Part shown: positions 1 to 9,913 of the stretch, one piece after another
Position numbering within the stretch: position 1 is the stretch's first letter
How the letters are laid out: every line of letters begins with the position of its first letter
NCBI RefSeq assembly: GCF_018420025.1
Contig: NZ_JAEDAM010000022.1
Location: 1-13,960 of the forward strand
Direction of reading: 5' to 3'
DNA: 13,960 nucleotides
Source: Candidatus Vampirococcus lugosii
GTDB lineage: Bacteria > Patescibacteriota > Gracilibacteria > Absconditabacterales > Absconditicoccaceae
Position numbers and translations under genes: made by a program
Notes under the pieces: generated by a model
What the model was told of the DNA's origin: nothing
Seen by the model: the letters and a program-made list of their open reading frames with translations, nothing else
Database searches by the model: none

Positions 1-1
1 T

Positions 2-1990
2 AGAGAGGTAAATATTGAATTATCAAAAATAATAAAATCACATAGAATAAGTTCAATAACTCAAACTTGAGCTAATTTGATATATTCTTTTAGATCAGAT
101 GTTAATACAGGAAGTTTTGATTTATTTGCTGATTCATATTTTGAAAATTTAACTTGAAATATTCAAAATTTTGATATAAATAATTGAACTTGAAGTGCTA
201 ATATTACTGGTTTGCTTGGTAAGACAAGATATTATTATAAATTAGTATTAGATGATGATTATTTGACAGGAACTTTTAGAACTGCTAATCTTGTTTCTCC
301 TGGTGATACAGAATCGACTTGAGTTACTTTATTGACTTGATCTAAAGTTGGAAGTGGTTCAAAACTAAAATTATCTAATAATATTGTAATTAAATCTGAT
401 TTAGATGATTCTAATGTTTTTTCTTGAAGTTTATCTTTATCTTGAGATATTGAAGTTGAATGATGAGATTGGGATTGATCTATAATACCTCCTAGTAAGA
501 TAGATGAAAGTGAAATTGATTGAGCTTGATTAACTTGAAATAATGTATTTATGAAATTATGAGCTGAAAATTGAATTACTCTTAAATCTGATGAAAATAA
601 TCCTTTTAAAGTGTCTGTTGAATTAGAAGATTGAGAAGTATGAAAAGAATATGATATATATAGATCAAAAGATTGAATGGGATGGTGAGAACTTATTGCT
701 TCTTGTGTATTAAATAATAACAAAGTATGTAATTTTGAAACAGAAACCTTTTCATATTTTGTATTTAATTCTCAAGAAGATGAAGAAGTAGATTTAGAAA
801 AATATGAAGTAGAATTTAATCTAGATCCTACAGATTTAGATTTAGAAGTTAAAAATTTAAGTTGAGATATACAAGTTGGAAGTTGAAATATTTATAATTT
901 AGAAAATTGAAGTTATACATATATAGCAAGTGCAATATGATATGAAAGTGAAGAATGATGATTTGTTATAAATGGAACATGAAAAATTATTAATATTGAG
1001 TTAGATATTACTATTCGTAGATGATGATGAGGTTGAACAAATATATATTGGAAACCTTATGAAAATGATGAATCTGAAGAAGATGATAACGAAGATAATT
1101 CTGAAGAAGATGATAACGAAGATGAATCTGAAGAAAATGATAACGAAGATGATTCTGAAGAAAATGATGAATTTGAAGAATCTAAAGATGATGAAAACAT
1201 TATTGAAGATGAAAATATTGTTGAAGATGAAAACAATATTTATAATGATATAGAATATACTATTGAAAGTATAATAATACATAATTCAAAAACATTAATA
1301 AATATACCAGTTTTTGATTCTGTTGATGTTCAAAATAGAGTTAATTTATTAAATAAATTAATTGTAAATCAAATAAAAGATAAAAGAATATCAGGTCGTG
1401 ATTTATCCAAGTTTATAAATTCTTATAATGATTTATTAATAATAATTAAAATTATTAATGATTTATCTGAGCATGTTAATGATACTAAAAAGCTTAAAGA
1501 TATTTGAAGAATAAAAATTGAAGATATATTATCAATTTTAAATGATTATGATAAAATTATTTCTTCAGATAATTTGGTAGATGATGAATTTGAATTAGCT
1601 TTATCTTTTATGAATAGATATGGTTTGACAAATTATACTAGTGTTGATGATTTTAGACCAGATGATGAATTAACATTACAAGAATTTATTAAATTCTTTG
1701 TATTATTTGGAACTAATGTGGTGTGATTGGAACAAGTATGACTTGATATGGAAAATGCTAATTCTTCAAAATTAGTTAATAGATCAGATGTATTTGTTGT
1801 TTTAGTTAAAGTTATTTTGTGAAGAAAATTGGATGAATCAGTTTATCCAAATTGGTATAATTATTTTGAGTTTGTTAGATATCTATGACTTACTAAAGAA
1901 GAAGATGTTTGGGCTCAAGATAGACCTATTACAAGATATGAATTAGCATTAATTCTTTATAGATCTTGGTTGTCAAATTGATTATTTTAA
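2..1990 (+). CDS. C-terminal ~662 aa of a large secreted/cell-surface protein (5' end lies outside the window). It is Gly/Asp/Glu-rich, has an acidic tandem-repeat linker, and ends in two SLH-like (S-layer-homology-like) repeats.
   Basis: The frame starting at position 2 stays open to TAA 1988-1990 only if TGA is sense; there are dozens of in-frame TGA and no TAA/TAG. The tail segments 'ALSFMNRYGLTNYTSVDDFRPDDELTLQEFIKFF' and 'DRPITRYELALILYRSW' resemble SLH repeats. The opposite-strand track ORFs 259..723 and 1001..1282 are antisense artefacts. Confidence 0.7.
1067..1174 (+). repeat. In-frame 27-bp tandem repeat, about 4 units, encoding an acidic D/E/N/S block (DESEEDDNE-like). Degenerate 18-bp EDEN-type repeats continue to about 1240.
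   Basis: Read directly: gatgaatctgaagaagatgataacgaa (1067-1093), gataattctgaagaagatgataacgaa (1094-1120), gatgaatctgaagaaaatgataacgaa (1121-1147), gatgattctgaagaaaatgatgaattt (1148-1174). Confidence 0.9.
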
Positions 1991-2010
1991 AATTATTATA
2001 TATTATTCTT

Positions 2011-2048
2011 AATCTCTGGATTTGTATTATTACTTTTCCAGAGATTTT
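2011..2048 (+). terminator. Candidate intrinsic terminator hairpin downstream of the surface-protein gene.
   Basis: A 10-bp perfect stem pairs aatctctgga (2011-2020) with tccagagatt (2037-2046) around a 16-nt loop, followed by a short T run. It sits 21 nt after the TAA stop. Confidence 0.4.
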
Positions 2049-2061
2049 GGTAGTCCAAAAA

Positions 2062-2089
2062 TTGACAAATTGTATGTTTTGTATATAAT
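2062..2089 (+). promoter_or_regulatory. Sigma70-type promoter with a consensus -35 and -10.
   Basis: TTGACA (2062-2067), a 16-nt spacer, then TATAAT (2084-2089). It lies about 77 nt upstream of the ATG at 2166, in an intergenic region directly after the hairpin. Confidence 0.5.
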
Positions 2090-2165
2090 TTTGATTACCT
2101 GGTGAAGGTGCTATGATATTTAGTTTATATATTAAACTATATTTATATTTTAATTGATAAAAAAT

Positions 2166-3026
2166 ATGTCTGATACACTTGAAAAAAAAGAAGAAATTGT
2201 TGCCCCCGAATATAATATAAATGATTTTTTGGATAGGAATAAAGATATAATATATTCTGATTTTTGAATAGAAGCAGAAAATTTAGAAGCAAAAAAAATA
2301 ACAGAAGATGAATATATTATTTATAATAATATTAACGAAAGCCCTATATTAATATTAAATCCTGATTTAAAAGAAATGTTATTTGTAAATATTTGAAGTG
2401 ATATAGACAAAAGACGATATAAATATTCAGCATTGATATTATGATATGATATTGAATATAATAATGATTGAAGTTTTTCATTATACAATAATGAATTTAA
2501 AGAAAAAGAATGAGAAAATAATACTATTAAGTCAAAAAAAACTTGAGAAATAGATGTTTTTTCAGAAGAATTTATTAAAGCTTGGGATAAAATGTATTTT
2601 GTTAAAATTAGATGACATGTAGATTCTGAAGTAGATTTTAGTTATGATGATTTTGATGTATTTAATAATATTTGAATGCTTAGGCCAAGAGATGTAATAA
2701 GATATAAAGATATAATTCCTGAAGATGAATACAAAAATCAAATGAAATTAGCAGTAGATAATTTGATTGATAATATAACTGATATTAGATATTCATATTT
2801 GGAAGATGAAGTTACAATTGAGGAATTAGATGTATATCTTAATTGATGAACTTTAGTTTATCCAGAATGGTCATCATGATGATATGAAGTTGAAATTCCG
2901 AAATGAATTATATCACAAGAATTATATGATTTGTGAGTTGATATTATAAAAGAGTTAGAAAAAATGAACGAAGAAAAAAATGAAATAAAAGAAGATATAC
3001 AGGCAAGGTTGGATGATTTAATTTAA
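2166..3026 (+). CDS. Hypothetical cytoplasmic protein of 286 aa with an acidic, coiled-coil-like C-terminus. No family recognised.
   Basis: The frame from ATG 2166 to TAA 3024-3026 is open with about 14 in-frame TGA and no TAA/TAG. I saw no signal peptide or TM segment. Composition and codon use match the neighbouring genes. Confidence 0.7.
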
Positions 3027-3437
3027 GAATGTTATACTAAAAATATTTTTAAATATAAACAAAATAGTTATAGAAAAAATATATCATTATTATGATAACT
3101 TTAATTTTAATTCTATTTTTGAACCTGACTTAAACAAAATTATTATATAATATAATTTAGATTATAAATTAATTTTAGTGTAATTATTTATGTAAAAAAA
3201 TAAGATTAAGAGATTTAGTATATTAATTTACTTTTCTCTTGTTTTTTAATAAAAAAATAATTGTTTTATAGTTATATATTGAAACAAATAATTTTTTTGT
3301 TAAAAACTAATATAAAATTTATTACATTTATAATGTATATAATTAATTATATTAAATAAAATATACATTTTTGGTTGAAAAAAATAAAAAAATAATTAAT
3401 AATGTATTTATTTAATAATTAAATTAAAATTAATATT

Positions 3438-3656
3438 ATGAGATGATTGATGATAGCTTTTATGTTGATTTCATGAGTTGTTTGTATATTTTCAATATTA
3501 CTTATGTCACCTAAAGGTTGACTTTGAAGTTGAATATCTTGAGCAGGTTGAGAAGATTTTGGTAGCAAAAAAAGTATAGAATGATGACTTAAAAAATCTG
3601 TTATTATTAGTTCTATAATATTTTTTTCTATTGCTCTATTTTTGCCATATATTTAA
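3438..3656 (+). CDS. secG: Preprotein translocase subunit SecG (72 aa).
   Basis: The translation is MRGLMIAFMLISGVVCIFSILLMSPKGGLGSGISGAGGEDFGSKKSIEGGLKKSVIISSIIFFSIALFLPYI. It has two TM helices flanking a Gly-rich loop, the classic SecG layout. Nine of its 12 Gly codons are TGA. Confidence 0.7.
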
Positions 3657-3680
3657 ATCTATATAGATAAACTAGATTTT

Positions 3681-4937
3681 ATGAAAATAACACATTGGAA
3701 GTTCTTTAAGTATTTTTATTCATGAATACTTGTTCTTTGGATATTAATAACTGTGCATGTTGTATATGCATTTGTTTATGATATTTCTGAACAAGTGCCT
3801 GTTAAATGATGAACATTTGTACATTGAGTATTTTCTCAAGCTACATATTTGCCATATTTAAGTAATACTTGAGAAGATAAATTTTTTCAGTCTCTTTTGT
3901 TTAATTGATGTTTATCGCCATATGTTGATAATACAAATATAGAATTTGAAGAAGATTTATGTAATATTAAAACTTCAAATTTTAGAGTTTTTGAAATTAG
4001 TGTTAAAGAATGAAAAAAATGGAATGATTGAACTCCAATTACAAATGATGATATATTTTTTACTTATAATGAACTTATAAAAAATAATATACGAAATATA
4101 TCTAGTTTAAATAGTTTTTCAAATTTGGAAATACAAGATCAATGAGATTTTATAAAAATTATATTTCCAAATTGAAGTAAAGATAATGAAATATTTCTTT
4201 CTAATTTTATACTTCCAAGACATTTACTTAAATGAAAAGATGTAACTTATTATGTAGAGAATTATTCAAATAATCCGATTTGAAGTAATTGTGCAACATT
4301 TAGACAATCTACTAGTGATAAAGATAGTATTATTTTTGATATGAATAATTGTGATGAAAGTTTTGTTATGAATTATCAAGTAAAAAATTTTGATAGTTTT
4401 GAGGATTTTCAAAAGTACCAAAAAAATTCTGATTTGATAGATCTTTATATTTGAAATGATTTGTTAAACTGATTTAGAAATAATAAAGTAATACTTAATA
4501 ATTTTGTATCAATATTTTTTAATGTTGAAGCAGATAATGTATCATCTAATATTAGAAGAACTATTTCACAAATAATTTATAATAATATATATAAATGAGA
4601 TTATAAAAAATATTTTATTAAAGATAAGTTTTTGTTTGATACAGATATACAATGATGAGCACCGAGAACAGTTTTTGAAGAATTAGAAAAAGAAATAACA
4701 AGCCCAAAAGAAGTAGAAGTTGAATTAGAAAATATGCCAAATGAATTAAATTTGGAAAATCTTACTTGAACTTTTTATTTGGATAGTATAGATGATTTGT
4801 TTAATATATCTTTTGATTTATGACAAAATTTTGATTCAGTATCAGTCCAACATAATGATTGACAAGCTTATGTATTGCAATGATATGATCAGTCAAGTAT
4901 TGCAAGGTATAATATATCTGAAAGATTTCAAATATAA
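3681..4937 (+). CDS. ABC-transporter substrate-binding protein, family 5 (Opp/Dpp-like), N-terminal portion (418 aa) with an N-terminal TM/signal anchor.
   Basis: The segment 'KGGTFVHGVFSQATYLPYLSNTGEDKFFQSLLFNGCLSPY...FRVFEISVKEGKKWNDGTPITNDDIFFTYNELI' matches the N-terminal SBP_bac_5 pattern (GGT..., 'W.DG.p.T..Dv.fT'). There are about 21 in-frame TGA. The frame ends at TAA 4935-4937. Confidence 0.7.
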
Positions 4938-4960
4938 AAATTTGAAAAAATGATTATATA

Positions 4961-5623
4961 TTGAGATGAAAAATTAATTGAGAAGAAAAAGAATTGTATA
5001 ATATTTCCTTATACTATAAAGAAAAACCACTTGAACAAATACCTGCAACAAGTAATTCTTTAAATTATAATGTATTATATTTTAAAAATGAATTAAATGA
5101 ATATGTAGTTTCCAAAATGAAAGAAATATTTGAATCTGAATGAATATTAGAATTTTTTACATTCAAATGAATTGATTCATCTGAAGAATTTCAATGACAA
5201 GTACAATCTCAAAATTATGATATTGTAATAAGATGAATTAATATGTGATTAAAAAAAGATATATCAAATATATTTATGACAAGTGACCCTCAAATAAATC
5301 CATCATGATATATAAATAATGATATGGCTTCAAATATAAATCAATATTTTATAAATGATTGAAAAACAAAAAATGATTTATTAAGTTCTATTCATTCAAA
5401 ATATTCTAATGAAGTTCCTTTTATAATACTTGGTAAAGTTTATGGAAATTTGAATATTAAGAAGAGTTCATGAATTTCTTTTCCTGAAAGACTTTATGAT
5501 TATAGATTTATTATAGATTATATTGACAATATAATAGTTTCCAAAAGACCTAAAATTGATTGAAAAAAGATATTAGATAATAAAAAATTTATTAATTTTA
5601 TAAGAAAAAATATATCAGAATAA
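4961..5623 (+). CDS. C-terminal portion of the same family-5 substrate-binding protein, in the -1 frame relative to 3681..4937. This looks like a split gene or frameshift pseudogene.
   Basis: The frame is open from 4913 to TAA 5621-5623. It has no in-frame ATG before 5117, so TTG 4961 is the first canonical start. 'YDIVIRGINMGLKKDISNIFMTSDPQINPSGYINNDM' resembles the C-terminal lobe of SBP_bac_5. It overlaps the upstream frame by 25 nt (4913-4937). Confidence 0.55.
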
Positions 5624-5657
5624 GTGTTTTTATTAAATAAAAATTTAAAAAATATAT

Positions 5658-6731
5658 ATGTGGGATAAAATTAAAAATATAGAAAATAGATATGATAATA
5701 TAAAAGAACAACTCTGTCAAAGTGATATTTTTTCTGATAATGAAAAAGCTATAAAATTAAATAGAGAACTTTCCAAATTGCAGTGAACATATGATTTGTA
5801 TCAAGAATATAAAAAAATATATAAATCATTAAATGAATCTAAACAATTACTTGAAATAGAAACCGATGAAGATATGTTACAGATGATAAAAGAAGAAATA
5901 AATACTTGTAAAGAAAGTATTTTAGATTTGGAAGAAAAGTTAAAAATAGAAATGTTACCTAAAGATCCCAATGATGATAAAAATGTATTTATGGAAATAA
6001 GACCAGCAGCTGGTTGAGATGAATCATGACTTTTTGCTATGGAACTTATGAGAATGTATTTGAGATATTGTGAAATTATTTGATGGAAAAGTGAAATAAT
6101 TGAAGAGCAAGTTAGTGATATAGGTTGACTTAAATGATGTATATTAAAAATTAAATGAGATAGTGTTTTTTCAAAGTTAAAATTTGAAAGTTGAGTTCAT
6201 AGAGTACAAAGAATTCCAAATACTGAAAGTAATTGAAGAGTTCATACTAGTACCGTGACGGTTAGTATAATGCCTGAAGTAGATGATTTGCAAGTAAATT
6301 TTAATAAAAAAGATGTTGATATTACAACATATGCAGCTAGTTCTGCCTGATGACAAAATGCTAATAAAAATCAAACATGAGTAAGAGTTATACATAGACC
6401 AACTTGATTAATTGTAACTATTTGAGAAGGTAAATCACAATTACAAAATAAAGAAAGAGCTTTTGATGTTTTGAAATCTAGACTTTTTGAAATACAACAA
6501 AAAGAACATAATGAAAAATTGCAAGAAGAAAAGTCTAATCAAATATGAACTTGAGATAGATCAGAAAAAATAAGAACTTATAATTTTCCACAAGATAGAC
6601 TTACTGATCATCGTATAAAAAAATCTTGGTCAAATATAACATGAATTTTATCATGAGAAATAGAAGATATTGTTCAAGATTTGATTTTGGAAAATCAATC
6701 AAAATTATTAAGTAAACAAAGTGAATCTTAA
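5658..6731 (+). CDS. prfA: Peptide chain release factor 1 (357 aa).
   Basis: The frame is open with about 19 in-frame TGA. Hallmark motifs present: 'EIRPAAGGDESGLFA', '[26 protein letters not shown]' (PxT-type tripeptide P-N-T), '[23 protein letters not shown]' (GGQ), and '[24 protein letters not shown]'. Track ORF 5796..6017 is just an internal fragment. Confidence 0.95.
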
Positions 6732-6773
6732 AAACTAAATTATATTTTAAATATATTAAAAAATAAAAAATAA

Positions 6774-7142
6774 ATGGAGAATAATTTTAATAAGAAAAAT
6801 TGATTAAATAAAAGTGATTTATCATATTCTAATACTTTAGATTCTCAAATTATTGAAATATTGGATTCTTATAATGATTTGATGTCAAAAATAAATAATT
6901 CTAATATATTTAAGCTTTTTAAAAAATCTACTTTATATGATCCAGATCTTTATGAAGAAACTATTTTACATGTTTTGAATTGATGAAAAGTATTTGTAAT
7001 GATAGTTAGTGAAATATGATGAAATTTTGAATCTTATAATATAGAATGATTGACAGTTTTTGATTTATTGGAAAATTGAGATGAATATTTACAAGATAAT
7101 GATAGTAATAATTCTGTAAGTGTTTTTATCTCAAAAGCTTAA
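6774..7142 (+). CDS. Hypothetical small protein (122 aa), paralogous to the next gene.
   Basis: The frame from ATG 6774 to TAA 7140-7142 is open with 7 in-frame TGA. 'EETILHVLNGGKVFVMIVSE' aligns by eye with 'EEILLGLLQGEKIYIYVYVL' of 7170..7565. Confidence 0.6.
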
Positions 7143-7169
7143 TTTATTTAAAAATAAATTTAAATTTTT

Positions 7170-7565
7170 ATGAATGAAAAAAATAATTATATATATGATC
7201 TAATATGAATAAATTACAAAAATACAGTTTCAAGTGCATCTTTTTCAAAACAAATAAATGATTTAATATTATATACAGAAAATTTTTTTGATAAGTTTTT
7301 CTATTCTTATTTTTTGACAAATATGTATTATTCTTTTAATGATGTTGAAAGAATAGAAGAAATACTTCTTTGACTTCTTCAATGAGAAAAAATTTATATA
7401 TATGTTTATGTTTTGGGAGATAATGATTGTGTAATAGATAAATCTTTTATACCAGTAAATTCGGTTGATACTTTATTTGAGATAGCAAATGAATTTGATT
7501 CTGTTTATCAAGATATTAATTGTTCTTGTGATTTAAGAATTAAAGCATTTTTACCAAAACTTTAA
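7170..7565 (+). CDS. Hypothetical small protein (131 aa), paralogous to the previous gene.
   Basis: The frame from ATG 7170 to TAA 7563-7565 is open with 3 in-frame TGA. It shares a central motif and a similar C-terminal layout with 6774..7142. Confidence 0.6.
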
Positions 7566-7680
7566 TAAAGAGTATATTAAAGTATATTTTATTTAAAATA
7601 AATTTTGTTCTTGATTTTTATATGTTAATATATATATAAAATATATTTAACTCGTTTTTAATAAAAATTTTAATAAATAA

Positions 7681-9810
7681 ATGGAGATATATAAAATACA
7701 AAAAAGAAATTGAGAAATAGTTGATTTTGATAAAATTAAAATTAATCAAGCTATAATAAAAGCTATTAAATCAGTTTGATGAACTGATTTTTCAAAAGTA
7801 GATTTTTATACTCAAGAAGTAATTAATCTAATATTAGAAAATAATTTAGATGGTATTGTTGGTGTGGAGCAAATACAAGATTGTGTTGAAGAAATATTAA
7901 TTAAAAATTGACATAATGAAACAGCAAAAAGTTATATTTTGTATCGTAATCAAAGAAATGAAAGTAGAATTGATAAAAATGTAGTAGTACAAGTAGAAAA
8001 AACTATGAAAGAATATTTAGATAGATCTGACTGGAGAGTAAATGCAAATGCAAATTCTTGATATAGTTTATGATGATTAATATTAAATATTTCTGGTAAA
8101 GTTGTTGCAAATTATTGGCTTTCTCATATATATCCAAAATATATTTGAAACTTACATAGAAACGGTGATATACATATACATGATTTAGATATGTTTGGTT
8201 GATATTGTGCTTGATGGAGTTTAAGACAACTTTTGGAAGAAGGATTTAATTGACTTTCTGATAGAGTGCAATCCGAACCTCCGAAAAATTTGCAATCTAC
8301 AGTAAATCAAATGATAAATTTTTTGTGAACTTTACAAAATGAACGAGCTTGAGCACAAGCATTTTCAAGTTTTGATACTTATTTGGCTCCTTTTGTTCAT
8401 AAATATAAAGAAGAATTAAAAGAAAACTTGATTGAATTATGAGTTAAATTTGAAACAAAAGAAAAAGAAAAAAATTATTTATATAATATGACTTATAAAT
8501 ATGTTTATCAACAATTTCAAAATTTTATTTTTTGATTAAATGTTCCCTCTAGATGGTGAACACAAACACCGTTTACAAATATAACATTAGATTGGAAATG
8601 TCCTGATGATTTAAAAGATAAAGCTCTTTATTTATGATGAATACAAAATTGAGAATATAAGAAAAAATATTGAGAATTAGAAGAAGAAATGAGACTTATA
8701 AATAGGGCATTAATTGAAGTTTATACGAAATGAGATGCGAATTGAAATGTATTTACTTTCCCTATTCCTACATATAATTTGACTGAAGATTTTCCACGAA
8801 ATGATCCGTTAGTTGAAGATTTGTTTGAAATGACAGCTAAATATTGAATTCCATATTTCCAAAATTTTATTGGTTCTCAATACAAAATAATAAAAGATGA
8901 AAATTGAAAAAATAAAAAAGTAAAAAATGAGGATGCATATTCCCCATGAGCTGTAAGAAGTATGTGCTGTAGACTTCAATTAGATTTGAAACAATTAGAA
9001 AAAAGATGAAATTGACTTTTTGGTTCTGCTGAAATGACTTGAAGTATTTGAGTAATTACAATTAATATGGCTAGAATATGATATAATTATAAATGAGATA
9101 TTGATTGATTTAAGAATAGAATTAAATTTTTGATGGATTGAGCTAAATCATCATTAGAAATTAAAAGAAAAGAATTATCTAAATGGTTAGATAAATGATT
9201 ATATCCATATACAAAAAGATATTTACATTCTTTTAGAAATCATTTTTCTACGATATGAATTAATTGAATTAATGAAGCTATATTAAATTTTACAGATTGA
9301 AAAGAAGATATTACAAGCAATTTTTGAATAAAGTTCGCTGTTGAAATTATGGATTTTATGAGAGATATTTTGAAAGAATATCAAGAAGAGACTTGAAATT
9401 TATATAATTTAGAGGCGACACCTGCAGAATGAACTACATACAGATTTGCAAAAGAAGATAAAAAGCAAATATCAGATATTATTCAAGCTGGAACACAAGA
9501 TGCACCTTATTATACTAATTCAAGTCAAATACCTGTTGCTTATACAGATGACCCATTTGAAGCATTAGATTTACAAAATGAATTGCAATGTAAATATACT
9601 TGATGAACAGTATTGCATATGTATATGTGAGAAAGAATTTCAAGTGCTCAAGCTTGTAAAAGTTTTGTTAAAACAATAGTAAGTAATTATCAATTACCAT
9701 ATATAACAATTAGTCCAACTTTTTCAATATGTCCTATACATTGATACATTGCTGGAGAACACGAATACTGCCCAAAGTGTGATGAAGAAAAATGATATAA
9801 GAATGTATAA
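7681..9810 (+). CDS. nrdD: Anaerobic (class III) ribonucleoside-triphosphate reductase NrdD (709 aa). It has an ATP-cone N-terminus and appears truncated before the glycyl-radical motif.
   Basis: Motifs present: 'MEIYKIQKRNGEIVDFDKIKINQAI' (ATP-cone-like), 'GDIHIHDLDMFGGYCAGWSL', 'NERAGAQAFSSFDTYLAPFV', 'RSMCCRLQLD', 'GSIGVITINMARIG', 'NLEATPAEGTTYRFAKED', 'APYYTNSSQIP', 'GGTVLHMYMGE', and the Zn-ribbon 'SICPIHGYIAGEHEYCPKC'. There are about 45 in-frame TGA. The protein ends 'DEEKGYKNV' followed by TAA TAG (9808-9813). Confidence 0.9.
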
Positions 9811-9898
9811 TAGCAATTTTAAAATATTATTAAATAACTTTAAATAATGTTGACTTTTTTAAAAAAATCTTTAAAACAAAAATCCTACCTTCTAAAAA

Positions 9899-9904
9899 AA
9901 GGAG
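9899..9904 (+). promoter_or_regulatory. Canonical Shine-Dalgarno (AAGGAG) for the lipoprotein gene.
   Basis: aaggag lies 9 nt upstream of ATG 9914. I found no comparable SD in front of the TGA-rich genes in this window. Confidence 0.7.
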
Positions 9905-9913
9905 ACTATTAAT

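Noticed and set aside
259-723. Longest ORF in the supplied track (154 aa, minus strand).
   Set aside because: It is antisense to a much longer table-25 frame (2..1990). Its Ser/Leu/Ile-rich, low-complexity translation has no motifs. It exists only because the sense strand is rich in TGA/TCA-compatible codons.
1001-1282. Track ORFs 1001..1282(-) and 1059..1253(+), with repetitive I/F- or K/M-rich translations.
   Set aside because: Both are out-of-frame or antisense readings of the 27-bp acidic tandem repeat inside the surface-protein gene.
4913-4937. Programmed -1 ribosomal frameshifting joining the two SBP frames.
   Set aside because: The 25-nt overlap has no slippery X-XXY-YYZ heptamer and no obvious downstream stimulatory structure. 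A mutation or indel is the simpler reading.
6177-6395. Track ORF on the minus strand (72 aa).
   Set aside because: It is antisense to the best-supported gene in the window (prfA), across its GGQ region.
7566-7680. Possible NrdR boxes upstream of nrdD.
   Set aside because: The region is almost pure A/T, and I could not find two spaced 16-bp acaCwAtATaTwGtgt-like palindromes.
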